DNA of 64,000 bases from Verrucomicrobiota bacterium (GTDB lineage Bacteria > Verrucomicrobiota > Verrucomicrobiia > Limisphaerales > CANJSG01), in contig JAYTUE010000082.1 in assembly GCA_043744715.1 (NCBI GenBank), positions 1,884 to 65,883 on the forward strand, read 5' to 3'. Positions 29,639 to 40,123 of the stretch are shown piece by piece. Numbering within the stretch: the first letter of the stretch is position 1; each line of letters opens with the position of its first letter. The notes under the pieces were generated by a model, which saw only the letters and a program-made list of their open reading frames with translations, was not told the origin of the DNA and made no database searches. Both the position numbers and the translations under genes were made by a program.

Positions 29639-29672
29639 TCGTCACACGCTGTCGGGGATGTCGCCCTTGGCC
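29639..29672. repeat. 34-bp direct repeat, copy 2
   Basis: Covers the stop codon and last 9 codons of ORF 29642..29884. Confidence 0.85.
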
Positions 29673-29884
29673 AGCACCAGCGTCTTTCGGGGAATCCAGA
29701 CCACCCGTTCATCCGGGCCGCAGCCGACCGAGGGCGGAAACTTCCCCTTCGCCTTCTCCGTGATGTCGATGCCGATGACGGCGAAGTTACCGTCCTCCAG
29801 CTCCAGCAGGTCGGGACAACCCGCCAGCGCGACAGTCCGCTGCCCGTTCAGGTGCGGATTAGGGCCGAGGCGTTTCAAGAACAT
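29642..29884 (-). CDS. Hypothetical small protein
   Basis: 80-aa ORF, divergent from the XRE regulator gene. No family recognised. Confidence 0.5.
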   Translation of the reverse strand: MFLKRLGPNPHLNGQRTVALAGCPDLLELEDGNFAVIGIDITEKAKGKFPPSVGCGPDERVVWIPRKTLVLAKGDIPDSV

Positions 29885-29943
29885 GGGTCTATTTCACTAT
29901 AGGGAAATACGCTGTCAACTTCAAAACCCTGTAGCTGTGCCGG

Positions 29944-30204
29944 GTGTCGAAACCCGAGCGAGGACAGTTGCTGTGTCTCCGCATCATCCAGCTCCTCGCC
30001 GAGGAACGGGTGAAGCGGAAGATTTCGAAGTATGCCCTCGCCCAGAAGTCCGGTGTTTCCCCGCAGATGGTGGGCTACATCGAAAAGGGCGAAAGAAACC
30101 CCACTCTGGAAATTGTCTGCCGATTGACCGCTGCTTTGGAAGTGGACTTGTCGAAGCTTGTGCGGAAGGCGGAGCACGATATTTCCCCATCGAAGATAAC
30201 GTAG
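29944..30204 (+). CDS. XRE-family helix-turn-helix transcriptional regulator
   Basis: KISKYALAQKSGVSPQMVGYIEKGERNPTLEIVCRLTAAL is a classic HTH_3 signature. GTG start; the exact start is uncertain. Confidence 0.8.
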   Translation: MSKPERGQLLCLRIIQLLAEERVKRKISKYALAQKSGVSPQMVGYIEKGERNPTLEIVCRLTAALEVDLSKLVRKAEHDISPSKIT

Positions 30205-30249
30205 CCAAAGCCTGGGACCAAATCGCCTTCATCACATCGGCGCTCACTG

Positions 30250-30546
30250 TTGGGTATTGCACAACGTAGAATCGCAGTAAAACGGGCGTCAATTGTCCCC
30301 CCTAATAGAGGTCGTAAACGCTTCCCGACGACGGCAGGGACACTTGGGGAGTTGATCAGGATCCGACGGGTGGAACGCCTGCTGAAGCAACGTGGATTGG
30401 CAGCGCTTCTGCAAGTTGACCGTTCCTTCATTTCCAGTTGGGAACGGGACGAAGCCGTGCCGCCGGCCGGGCAATGGACGAAACTCGCCGAACTCCTCGG
30501 CCTGCTTTGCTCTCCAAGTGACGCCTTCCCCAACAGTGGACCTTGA
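30250..30546 (+). CDS. Second XRE-like HTH protein (tentative)
   Basis: TLGELIRIRRVERLLKQRGLAALLQVDRSFISSWERDEAVP fits the HTH_3 pattern. The start is non-ATG or uncertain. Confidence 0.5.
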   Translation: MGIAQRRIAVKRASIVPPNRGRKRFPTTAGTLGELIRIRRVERLLKQRGLAALLQVDRSFISSWERDEAVPPAGQWTKLAELLGLLCSPSDAFPNSGP

Positions 30547-30975
30547 TGTTGGGCATTTCACGTTCCGGGCACCGCGCTTTCTGGAAGCGAGAATGGTCAG
30601 GCGGCTCCGTTTGTTTGAAAAAACTTGTCCCGCCCCGTCTTCGATCCCCGCCTGATCGGATAGATGCCGAGCGGAAGTCAGGCGACATCGGCGGGACGCG
30701 GCGTGAAAGAATAATCGTGCGGGGTGTTTGACCTTCTTCGACCCAGCCGTTTTTCGATTCCGTCCCAACCCACTACCGTCGCCGCCTACGATGGGAAGGC
30801 CGTGACCCTCCACTACTCCCGACGGCGGGACACCCCAAGGGGACCCATTCTTTGGGGAGCTCGGGTCGCATGATCCAAGTCGTCGAGATTCAGAGCGGCG
30901 CTTGGGGACAGTATGATTATTTCTGGCTTTGTCCCAAGGTAGCGGGCTTTAGCCTCCCCCCATGCGAAAGATTCA

Positions 30976-31326
30976 TTGAAGGACTTTGCCAGCCTCCGCC
31001 GCAGCCTGCTCGCCGAGCGTGACCGTCTCGACGCCAGGCTCCGGGCCATCAACGCCGTCCTCGGCGATGAACCCGCCTCCGCTGTGCAGGCTGCCAAGCC
31101 AGGCAAGGTGAAGAGGTCGACCCGCGCCAAAAACGACCTGTCACTGAAAGAAGCCGTCGTGAAGGTGACGACAGGCAAAGCACTGACCAAGGAGGAGATC
31201 TTGGAGTCGGTGAAGAAGCTGGGCTACACGTTCACCACCTCCAAGCCGCTCAACTCCATCAAAGTCGTGCTCTACGGCAAGAAGCCCAAGTTCAAGAACT
31301 CTGATGGCAAGTTTTCGGCCACCTAA
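30976..31326 (+). CDS. Hypothetical protein (N-terminal coiled coil, basic C-terminal winged-helix-like part)
   Basis: 116-aa ORF with a TTG start. No family recognised. Confidence 0.45.
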   Translation: MKDFASLRRSLLAERDRLDARLRAINAVLGDEPASAVQAAKPGKVKRSTRAKNDLSLKEAVVKVTTGKALTKEEILESVKKLGYTFTTSKPLNSIKVVLYGKKPKFKNSDGKFSAT

Positions 31327-31328
31327 AG

Positions 31329-31982
31329 TTACTCCACGGAGACGCCCAAAACAAAGGGAGCGGACATGGCGTTCTCCGAGCGGACGGTGACCGAGGCAAT
31401 CTCGGACGCCTTCTCCAGGCTGAAGGTGCTGCGGTAGATCCGGAGGGTGGCTTTGGCGTTCTTGGACTGCTCGTTTTCGCCCGTCCAGACCACCTTGGAA
31501 TCCTTGTCCTTGACGTCCTCGTCCTTGAACCCCCACCAGTCCCTGACGTGGCCGGCATAGATGATGGGTTTTTCTACCTTGGTGCCGTCCGCCAGGGAGA
31601 TCACGAGGGTGGCGATCTTGCGGCCGGGTTTGTCGGTGAAGGCGGTTCCGTGCAGTAGATGGATTTTGGAACCCGAATCGTTCACCGGGAAGGAAACCTC
31701 CTTCGCCGCCCTGGTTCCGTTCTCCTCCAGTTTTGTTCCATGGAGCTGAGCCACGCCCGAGACCTTGAACCTGATGCCGTCGAGGGCGACGTCGCCCGAG
31801 GGAAAGTTCGTCAGGCCGTTTCCGGGCAACGCCGTCTTGTCCAAGTGCAGCGATTCGGTAAGCGGCGCTCCTTTTCCAGCGGTGGACACGGCCCTGCCTT
31901 TAGGCTCAGCCTGTGTTTCAGCGGCTTGGAGAGCGATGGAGAACGCGACGAGAAGAGAGAGAAATCCGGATACCCCTTGCAT
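31329..31982 (-). CDS. Hypothetical secreted protein
   Basis: Signal peptide MQGVSGFLSLLVAFSIALQA; a beta-rich sequence. The start is placed at the second Met. Confidence 0.6.
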   Translation of the reverse strand: MQGVSGFLSLLVAFSIALQAAETQAEPKGRAVSTAGKGAPLTESLHLDKTALPGNGLTNFPSGDVALDGIRFKVSGVAQLHGTKLEENGTRAAKEVSFPVNDSGSKIHLLHGTAFTDKPGRKIATLVISLADGTKVEKPIIYAGHVRDWWGFKDEDVKDKDSKVVWTGENEQSKNAKATLRIYRSTFSLEKASEIASVTVRSENAMSAPFVLGVSVE

Positions 31983-32213
31983 AGGTTTTTGATTGCCACG
32001 ATCTGAAGGGCAGCTCAAGAAAAATATGGCCTTGAAGTAGAATTATCTTGAGTTCCATCCAAGGCTCTATATCTGAAGAGCGTCTCCAAGAGAATTTAGG
32101 CCCATCACGTTCCACCCGTTCCGAAGCTGTCATCGTGTCGGCTTTTCGCGGGTGACGGGCAAGGGGATGCCGCACAGGGTGCGGGTTTTGTAATTATACA
32201 AAGAGGTTCCACC

Positions 32214-33233
32214 ATGAAGGCGTTCATAGCCCTATTCCTGTCGTTTGCCATATCCACCGCCCTCCGCGTGTCTGCCGCCGAGCCCGACTCGGACTTCGAC
32301 GGCATCTCCGACGCTGAGGAGACTGCCCTTAATTTGAATCCCAACGACGGGACGGACGCGCCCAAAAGGAAGCTGGCCACGTTCCGCTTCAACGGCACCA
32401 ACTGGATCGGCGACCAGGGGCAGGTGCCTGTCGCGCATTACGGGCTGACGCTGGAGGCTGGCGTCGAGTCAAACGCAGTGAAGGTAACCGGCGGGGATTG
32501 GGCCAAGTATCTGGTGTTCCGCTTGGCCGAGACCAACGATAAGCCAAACCTGTCGTTCCGGCAAGGCAGCGTCAGCATGTGGTTCAAACCCAATTGGAAC
32601 GGGACCAACCACGGGGGCAACGGGCCTGTCCCTGCCGCCTGGGGGCGGATCTTCAACATCGGGGAATGGACGACCGACGCTTCCTACGGACTATGGACCA
32701 TGGGGCTGACGCCCGACGGCGACTGGATCAGCTTCACGGCGCACACCAACAACGGGACCCTTTACGGTTCCGGCTGGGGACAAGTTCCCGGAGGGATGGT
32801 TTCCAACGAATGGCGGCACGTGGCCATGACCTACTCGACGACGAACATGTCGATCTACATCGACGGGACCAACGTGATGGACATCGGCTGCCTCTTCGAC
32901 GGCACGAACTGGTTCTGCAACGTGGGCAACAGCCTGATCCCGCCGAAGACGTTGAGAGACCAGGGGTTCTACGTGGGCACGGACACGGGGGGAAACCAGG
33001 CATCCCAGGGCACGTTCGACCTGTTGGAGACCTATAATTATCCATTGAGCGCGGTGGAAGTGCTGGCGGCGTTCGACGCCTACTATTTTTCGTCGGTCAA
33101 CCCCGGCGGCGACTACGACGGGGACGGTGTGTCCAACGGGGTGGAGGCGGCGCTGGGGCGCAATCCGAAGGTGGCGGGGGTGCAGTCCGGGAGCACGGGG
33201 CTGGTCACCTACACGCCGGTGCGGTCGAACTGA
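32214..33233 (+). CDS. Secreted LamG/concanavalin-A-like lectin domain protein with thrombospondin-type-3-like Asp-rich motifs
   Basis: Signal peptide; DSDFDGISDAEE and DYDGDGVSNGVE calcium-type motifs flank a Laminin_G_3-like core (SVSMWFKPNW ... WRHVAMTYSTTNMSIYIDG). Confidence 0.7.
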   Translation: MKAFIALFLSFAISTALRVSAAEPDSDFDGISDAEETALNLNPNDGTDAPKRKLATFRFNGTNWIGDQGQVPVAHYGLTLEAGVESNAVKVTGGDWAKYLVFRLAETNDKPNLSFRQGSVSMWFKPNWNGTNHGGNGPVPAAWGRIFNIGEWTTDASYGLWTMGLTPDGDWISFTAHTNNGTLYGSGWGQVPGGMVSNEWRHVAMTYSTTNMSIYIDGTNVMDIGCLFDGTNWFCNVGNSLIPPKTLRDQGFYVGTDTGGNQASQGTFDLLETYNYPLSAVEVLAAFDAYYFSSVNPGGDYDGDGVSNGVEAALGRNPKVAGVQSGSTGLVTYTPVRSN

Positions 33234-33258
33234 AGAAATTTCGGGAACACGAAGAGGT

Positions 33259-36200
33259 ATGAAAACGATATTGAAGATGGTTGCTGCCCTATTCGTCGGG
33301 CTTCTGATTTGTGCCCAAGGAGCCGGGGCAAGTTGTTTGTCCCTCGAGCTGGAAGTCCAGTTAGCCAGCACGAACCGGGGCAAGGTGGGGTTCCCCAATT
33401 TCCGCGCCAGCGAGAGCGACCCTATCACCAAGTATTACCTGAAGAAAACCACCCAGGATGTGCTTTACCAGAACTCGGCCTGGACAGAGACGATTTTCGA
33501 CTGCACGCAAAACGTGTTCCTGCAATTCGACTGGAGCGAGACGACGGTGCAAAACTTCAACGTGACCAACCTCACCATCAGTGGCGGGGTGACCTCGGGC
33601 TCGAAGAGCTGGGGGTATTCCGGGAATCCATGCACCAATCTTCCGTCGATCTCCTGCTCCATGACGTGGAACACGTCGAGCAACGCCTACGTCGGTGATG
33701 GAAGCTGCCTGAACGGCTGGGGGATGATCGGCTGCTCCAACAACTCCTTCTCCGTTTCCGTCACCCCTCCATCTACGCAGGTGTCGAGCTGGTCGTGCTC
33801 GGAGACCAGCGGTTACGGGACAACCGACACTGGCAACAGAACGATTACGGCCACTCTCTCAGAGGAGTATACGACGACACGGCTGAAGAGCGAATGCGAA
33901 GGGGTGCAGTATGACGGTAAATGGATTTTGGCGAACACCAATGCCCCCACCGCGTCGGCCAGTGCAAGCTACATCCTGTCCACCCACGAAACGGCCCTTG
34001 TGATCAGCAAGAGCAAGTGGCGGCTGAAATACATCCTGCCCAAGGACGTCGAATACGATCATGAGCTGACGCGGACGGAGACGATCGACGGGGTGACTAC
34101 GGAAAAGAAATACACAGTCACTTTGAAGGGCACGGGCAAGGTGGCCTACCATCCCGATGAAGACGGTGAAGAGTTGTCGATCAGCGGCGGCACAAGCGCC
34201 ACTTCCAGGAGCGTTTCCATCACCACCGTTCAGACTCCCGGGGGGACGTCGTGCTCCTCAAGCGGCTGTTCTTCCGGCATCAGCGCGGAAAACGGATCGG
34301 TGAACATCAAAGTCGGCCTGGGGAAGACGGCCGACGGACGCGGCAACGGATTACTCTACATCGAGGAGAACGGCTACGGGACGCAGATCGCGAACCCGGC
34401 GGCGTTCGGCCTCTTCCAGGGGATGAACACCACGGTCATCCGCCAGGGAACCAAGACCATCCGGCAGGTGTTCGCACCGGAAGTGCTGGTGGACATCGTT
34501 TCCAACTCCACCTCGCAGGTGACGATCCTGCTCTACCGGCAGCCGTCGTCCGGTTGGTGGAACTCCTCGTCCAACCTCTACATCCCGTCGGTGTCCGCCT
34601 CGGCGACCGGAGTCGTCGAACGGCTCGATGGCCCCGGAAAACTGATCCGGCTGACCGTGACCGACGTCGGCACCAGCACCTACGACTACGAATGGGTCGA
34701 CGCCAACGGCGGCTGGTCGCTGACCACGGGCGGAGGGCTGCGGAAAGAGGTCAAGATCGGCACGGCCACCAATCTATATGAGACCATCCTGGTCAAGAAC
34801 GGGTCCGGCGTGATCGAACAGGCCGAGACCAACGCCTACGTCCAGCTGGCCAACATTGGTCGCCGGCTGCCCGTGCGGAAGGATGTGGGGTTGATGCCGT
34901 GGACCAAGACCACCACATGGGACTACTACACCAACTCGACGACCGACGGGACCAACTACGGACAACTCAAGCTCAAAGTGGAACACGACGGTTCCTGGGA
35001 GCATCTCGTCTACGATACCAATGGGTTGCTGACGGCGAGATACACGCCGTTCCTGAACTCGGCCCCGACCACCAACGCCTCTCTGTGTCGGGTCTTTGAA
35101 TATGACTACACCAAACTCGACACGAATGACGTCAGTGCCGGACAGGCCCGCCGCATCATCCAGAAGGTGCTCGGCCAGGAGATCTCGCGGCGCTACTTCG
35201 TCGACTACAGCACCTCCAAGTGGGACATCGCGTGTGCGGAACCGGGGGCGGCCTGGAACAGCGGCTCGAACAAGGTGACCAAGACTGTGTCCTACGTCGG
35301 CGGACCCTGGGATGGCCGGACATGGCGGGTGGAACGGCCGGACGGGACGATGACCCTCCATGCCTACAGCACGAACTCCTCGGGCGCATGGGCGGTGGAC
35401 GTGTCCACCGGTGTTCCGAACGGGTCGAAGGACGCGGTGATCGACGGAACGAAGACTTCGACGGGCTACGACCTCCGGGGCCAGATGATCGGAACGACCA
35501 ACCGTGACATCGGCTCGAACCTGATCCTGAGCCAGCAGGTCTGGTCCAATCCCGACAGCGTCGGACGCTACCAGACGCTGACCTATCTGGACGGACGGAC
35601 CGAGTCCACGGCCTACGGGTGTTGCGGGATCGATTCGACCACGGACAAGGACGGCGTCACAACCAGCTACGGTTATGACGCCCTGAAGCGGCGGACCACG
35701 ACCATCCGAAACGGCATCACGCGAACGGTCACGTATGACTCCGATGGCAGGGTCTTGAGCCAAAGCCAGACCGGCACCAACGGGACGACGCTGGATCTCG
35801 GTTCATCGCTCTACAACACGGCGGGAGACCTCATCGGTTCCTACGACGCGCTGGGCCGGACCAACATCTCCATTGAAGTGACCAACTCCAGCGGCGGGTT
35901 GATCCGGGAAACCACCTTCACCGACGGGACCACCCGGTTGGAAGTCACTGCGAGGGACGGTTCTGTTCTTTCAACCACGGGCACAGCGGAACACGGGGTG
36001 CGTTACGACTACGGCGTGACCAATGACGGCGGCATCTACCGGCTCTACCAGTCGACCATCCGGCTCAACACCAACGGGACCGACAGCGCCGAGGTGGTCA
36101 CCACCTTCAACCGCTGCGATGGCGGGACCTACAAGACGATCCATGCCGGAGCGGCCACCAACACGATGGAGTTCAACACGCTGGGCCAGATGGTCAAATC

Positions 36201-39200
36201 CACCGATCCGGACGGCGTGGCCATGCTCTACGGCTACAATCCGCTGGGCGAACAGGTGGTCAGCGCCGTCGACGTGAACCGCAACGGGGTCATCGACACC
36301 AACGGCACGGACCGGGTGACGGTTATGACTCGTTCGGTCCTGACCAATCCCGAGAGCTACGTTGTGCAACGGACGGTGACGCAGGTCTACAGCGTGGACA
36401 GCAGCAGCGCGTCGGTCATCGCCACGACCAACGAAACCTCCGCCACCGGACTCCGCTCATGGAACCGCACGGCAGCCGGTGTGTCGACTCGCGTGACCGC
36501 CTACCCCGGCAGCGGCCAACGCACCGTCACCTCCACCGCTCATGACGGTTCTTACTCCGTCACGTTCTATCAGGACGGTCGGATGCTTTCAATGACCCGT
36601 TACGACGCCCTCGGCACGCAGTTGGCCCAGAACACGGCCGACTACGACGCCTTTGGCCGCGCCTGGCTCTCGACCGACTCGGTCCACGGCACCCGCACCA
36701 ACTTCTTCGACACGGTCAACCGGGTTTATCGCACCTCGACCGCCGCTCCCGCCTCCGGCCAGTCCCCTCTGAACACGACCAACTACTTCGATGGACGCGA
36801 CCGCGTCTTCCGTATGGTCCACCCGGACGGCAACTCCGTGACCAACGAGTTCTTCCTGACCGGGGAACTCAAGAAGACCTACGGTTCCCGCACCTATCCT
36901 GTTGCCTACACCTACGACCATGCCGGTCGCTTGAAGACCATGACCACCTGGCAGAGCTTCGCCACCTCAGGCGGTGCAGCCGTCACCACGTGGAACTACG
37001 ACGGCTACCAAGGGCTGCTGACCAACAAGCAGTATCAGGGTGGTTCCGGTCCGTCCTACACCTACACGCCCTCGGGCAAGCTCAAGACCCGGACCTGGGC
37101 GCGGGGCGTGGTCACATCCTACGGCTACAACAACGCGGGCGATCTACAGAGCCTGACCTACTCCGACGGCATCACCCCCGCCGTGACCAACAGCTACAAC
37201 CGTCTCGGTCAGATCGTCAGCCAGACGCAGTCGCTCGGCGGGACCAACGTAGTCCGCACTACCGGGTTCTCCTTACTCGCGCTGCCGTTGACGGAGAGCT
37301 GGACCGGTGGTCCTTTGGATGGACTAAGCGTGACCAACGGCTTCGACAACCTCCAGCGCCGGACCACCGTGGGCCTGAGCAACTACAGCGCCTCGGTCGC
37401 CGTCTACGGCTACGACCGCGCCTCCCGTCTGGCGGGCGTGACCAACGGCTCGGCCTTCGCCGCCTACACCTACTCGGCGGATCGTGGCCAATGGTCCAAA
37501 CTCCAGATGGGTCTAAGCGGCACGAATCGCCTCACCACCAGTCGGGTCTATGACAAGGTGGATCGGCTCACTTGGCTGACCAACGCCTACGCCTCCACCG
37601 ACGTCTTCGGGTTCGCCTTCAACGCTGCGGGACAGATGACTCGCCGTGACGAACCGGACGGCGCCTACTGGATCTACACCTACGACAGCCTCGGCCAAGT
37701 GACCTCGGGCAAAAAGTATTGGAGCGACAGCTCCCCGGTGGCCGGGCAGCAGTTCGAGTATGCCTTCGACGACATCGGCAACCGCAATAGCAGCGCCTCG
37801 GGTGGTGATGCCAGCGGGTCGAATCTACGGTCTACGTCTTATTCGGTGAACCTTCTCAACCAGTATTCGAGTCGGAACAATCCCTCCCCCATCACCGTCA
37901 TCGGTTCCGCCGTGACCAACGCCACCGTCACTGTCAACCTCAACTCCACCGTGCGGAAGGGCGAATACTGGTGGGGCGAAGCCACGGCCACAAACACCTA
38001 CTACCCCGCGCGCGTCGGTATCACCAACGTGGCCGTCATCAAAGGTGCGGGAACAAATGGCACCGACCTGGTCTCCACCAACACGGGCGCGCTCCTCTGG
38101 GCCGAGGCCAGCGAGACGTTCACCAATGACCTCGATGGTAACCTCATGGCAGACAGCCTGTGGACCTACACGTGGGATGGCGAAAACCGCCTCATCCGCA
38201 TGGAGAGCCGGTCGGCGGTGCCGTTGGACTTTAGGCGCAGGCTGGACATGACCTATGACGCGGGCAGCCGCCGTATCGGGCAGACCATCTCCACTTGGAC
38301 CAACAACGCCTATGCGTCGGCCAAGACCAAACGCTTCGTCTCAGATGGCTGGAACCTCCTGGCCGAACTCGATGTCAGCAAAACGCTTGTTCAGGCCTAC
38401 GTTTGGGGAACCGACCTCAGTGGCTCCATGACAGGGGCGGGCGGGGTCGGAGGATTGCTCATGGTCAACACCGGTTCCGCCTCCCACGGCTATGCCTACA
38501 ACAGCAACGGAGATGTGCGTTCATTGGTCTCCCTGACCGACGGCGGCCAGTCCGCCGCTTACGAATACGGGCCGTTCGGTGAGCTCATCCGCTCCTCGGG
38601 CGCCATGGCCCTCTCCAACCCGTTCAGGTTCTCAACCAAACACCATGACGAGGAGTCGGCATTGCTCTACTACGGATACAGATATTATGACTCACGGGCG
38701 GGAAGGTGGATCAACATGGATCCGATTGGGGAGTTGGCCTTTTTCTTACAATATGCTCGCTTTCACAACGCGACTGAGTTGCTCGATGAGCGTCCTGTCG
38801 GCCTTAATTTGCATCTATTTATTAGCAACAACCCCATCGGGAACACAGATATGGACGGATGTCTAATGACGCCGGGTGGCGAGGTTGGCAAGACCAAGGA
38901 AAATAGACGAACGCCCCCTGCCAGGATGGAATTAATTCAAGTTCCGAAGTGCACAATCCTCTTCGTGTATGGGCACAACTATGTGGACGACTTTGAGAAG
39001 ACAGGTTTACAGTGGATATGGAACATTGTGCCCGTAAATGACAACGATAAGTCGTGTTCATATGCAGCAGTGGCGGGTTGTGCGGCTGATCGCATTCCCA
39101 ATGAAATCCCTTTACCGGGATTCGATTACTCCACCTATGATGTTGCAGAGCAAAGACAAATCCCTGCCCCTGTGCTTCTCCGGATGTGGACAGATGTGCG

Positions 39201-39354
39201 GGACGGATTGCCGAGTTTTGCGGAAGGGCTTTGCGATCAAGCGTGCGAGTGCAAGGAAATCACGCTCTCCGCGAAGAAAATTGGCAACTTAGCACTCACT
39301 ATCGAGAAGGGACCATTCAAATATAAATGCAAAATAAATAAGAAAAGCAATTAA
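33259..39354 (+). CDS. RHS/YD-repeat polymorphic toxin with Sec signal peptide and a variable C-terminal domain
   Basis: 2031 aa from MKTILKMVAALFVGLLICAQGAGA. It has dozens of YD repeats (YDALGR, YDAFGR, YDSLGQ, YTYDHAGRL, WDGENRL) and an RHS core end YYGYRYYDSRAGRWINMDPIGE ... NLHLFISNNPIGNTDMDGC, followed by about 165 aa that are Cys-rich and of unknown fold. The track ORF starts earlier, at 33127. Confidence 0.9.
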   Translation: MKTILKMVAALFVGLLICAQGAGASCLSLELEVQLASTNRGKVGFPNFRASESDPITKYYLKKTTQDVLYQNSAWTETIFDCTQNVFLQFDWSETTVQNFNVTNLTISGGVTSGSKSWGYSGNPCTNLPSISCSMTWNTSSNAYVGDGSCLNGWGMIGCSNNSFSVSVTPPSTQVSSWSCSETSGYGTTDTGNRTITATLSEEYTTTRLKSECEGVQYDGKWILANTNAPTASASASYILSTHETALVISKSKWRLKYILPKDVEYDHELTRTETIDGVTTEKKYTVTLKGTGKVAYHPDEDGEELSISGGTSATSRSVSITTVQTPGGTSCSSSGCSSGISAENGSVNIKVGLGKTADGRGNGLLYIEENGYGTQIANPAAFGLFQGMNTTVIRQGTKTIRQVFAPEVLVDIVSNSTSQVTILLYRQPSSGWWNSSSNLYIPSVSASATGVVERLDGPGKLIRLTVTDVGTSTYDYEWVDANGGWSLTTGGGLRKEVKIGTATNLYETILVKNGSGVIEQAETNAYVQLANIGRRLPVRKDVGLMPWTKTTTWDYYTNSTTDGTNYGQLKLKVEHDGSWEHLVYDTNGLLTARYTPFLNSAPTTNASLCRVFEYDYTKLDTNDVSAGQARRIIQKVLGQEISRRYFVDYSTSKWDIACAEPGAAWNSGSNKVTKTVSYVGGPWDGRTWRVERPDGTMTLHAYSTNSSGAWAVDVSTGVPNGSKDAVIDGTKTSTGYDLRGQMIGTTNRDIGSNLILSQQVWSNPDSVGRYQTLTYLDGRTESTAYGCCGIDSTTDKDGVTTSYGYDALKRRTTTIRNGITRTVTYDSDGRVLSQSQTGTNGTTLDLGSSLYNTAGDLIGSYDALGRTNISIEVTNSSGGLIRETTFTDGTTRLEVTARDGSVLSTTGTAEHGVRYDYGVTNDGGIYRLYQSTIRLNTNGTDSAEVVTTFNRCDGGTYKTIHAGAATNTMEFNTLGQMVKSTDPDGVAMLYGYNPLGEQVVSAVDVNRNGVIDTNGTDRVTVMTRSVLTNPESYVVQRTVTQVYSVDSSSASVIATTNETSATGLRSWNRTAAGVSTRVTAYPGSGQRTVTSTAHDGSYSVTFYQDGRMLSMTRYDALGTQLAQNTADYDAFGRAWLSTDSVHGTRTNFFDTVNRVYRTSTAAPASGQSPLNTTNYFDGRDRVFRMVHPDGNSVTNEFFLTGELKKTYGSRTYPVAYTYDHAGRLKTMTTWQSFATSGGAAVTTWNYDGYQGLLTNKQYQGGSGPSYTYTPSGKLKTRTWARGVVTSYGYNNAGDLQSLTYSDGITPAVTNSYNRLGQIVSQTQSLGGTNVVRTTGFSLLALPLTESWTGGPLDGLSVTNGFDNLQRRTTVGLSNYSASVAVYGYDRASRLAGVTNGSAFAAYTYSADRGQWSKLQMGLSGTNRLTTSRVYDKVDRLTWLTNAYASTDVFGFAFNAAGQMTRRDEPDGAYWIYTYDSLGQVTSGKKYWSDSSPVAGQQFEYAFDDIGNRNSSASGGDASGSNLRSTSYSVNLLNQYSSRNNPSPITVIGSAVTNATVTVNLNSTVRKGEYWWGEATATNTYYPARVGITNVAVIKGAGTNGTDLVSTNTGALLWAEASETFTNDLDGNLMADSLWTYTWDGENRLIRMESRSAVPLDFRRRLDMTYDAGSRRIGQTISTWTNNAYASAKTKRFVSDGWNLLAELDVSKTLVQAYVWGTDLSGSMTGAGGVGGLLMVNTGSASHGYAYNSNGDVRSLVSLTDGGQSAAYEYGPFGELIRSSGAMALSNPFRFSTKHHDEESALLYYGYRYYDSRAGRWINMDPIGELAFFLQYARFHNATELLDERPVGLNLHLFISNNPIGNTDMDGCLMTPGGEVGKTKENRRTPPARMELIQVPKCTILFVYGHNYVDDFEKTGLQWIWNIVPVNDNDKSCSYAAVAGCAADRIPNEIPLPGFDYSTYDVAEQRQIPAPVLLRMWTDVRDGLPSFAEGLCDQACECKEITLSAKKIGNLALTIEKGPFKYKCKINKKSN

Positions 39355-39370
39355 TTACATAGGAACAAAA

Positions 39371-40123
39371 ATGAATTTTTTCATTCATCGGTTGCCATTT
39401 TATAACAAGTCTCGCCGCAGAAAGTTGGATGGGTTACTGTGCAGCCTGATACTGATTGTGCTTGCAATTGGATGTTCGACCGAGCCGCTGTGGAAAGGCA
39501 AACGTCTGTCCACTTGGCTTGAGGATTTGGATGACCTTGATTTGAAAAAAACGGTCGCGGCTGAGACTGCGTTAAAACGCATTGGAACAAATGCAATTCC
39601 CTACCTCATGTTAAAGCTAACCACCCCAGAATCATCGGTTTCAGATTGGATCAGAACTGGTGGCCGGCGTGGGGCTGAACATACCGACGTAGTCATGGCC
39701 TTTCGTGTATTGGGAAGTTCTGCAGCCCAAACGTTGCCCTCTCTTGGCTCCCTCCTCACCAACCAGACGAGTATGACCAACCCCGGAGCTGCATATAAAA
39801 TTGCGCAATCTATGGCAGGCATTGGAGAGCAGGCGAAACCGCAGCTTGTCGCAGCATTGAATAGTTCGAGTCCCAGCATTCGTCGAGCAAGCTTGGTGGG
39901 ACTGATTGACCTGGGAAAGGCCGCAAATGATGCAATGCCTACAGTATTGGAACGAGTAACGGATAGCGACGCTGAAACCAGAGGACTAGCGCTTTTTTTC
40001 GTGAGCGACGTAGCTGTCGATGACGAGATGAAGTTGCGCGTTTTTAAGGAGGCTTTACTGGACTCGGATCGCTACGTCCGCTCATTCGCTCAAAGAGAAC
40101 TTCGGAGATTTGAAAGCAAGTAA
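39371..40123 (+). CDS. HEAT/armadillo-repeat lipoprotein (candidate cognate immunity protein)
   Basis: Lipobox LAIGCS and repeated HEAT-like units (SPSIRRASLVGLIDLG, DSDAETRGLALFFV, DSDRYVRSFAQREL). It shares low G+C with the RHS C-terminus and lies directly downstream of it. Confidence 0.6.
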   Translation: MNFFIHRLPFYNKSRRRKLDGLLCSLILIVLAIGCSTEPLWKGKRLSTWLEDLDDLDLKKTVAAETALKRIGTNAIPYLMLKLTTPESSVSDWIRTGGRRGAEHTDVVMAFRVLGSSAAQTLPSLGSLLTNQTSMTNPGAAYKIAQSMAGIGEQAKPQLVAALNSSSPSIRRASLVGLIDLGKAANDAMPTVLERVTDSDAETRGLALFFVSDVAVDDEMKLRVFKEALLDSDRYVRSFAQRELRRFESK

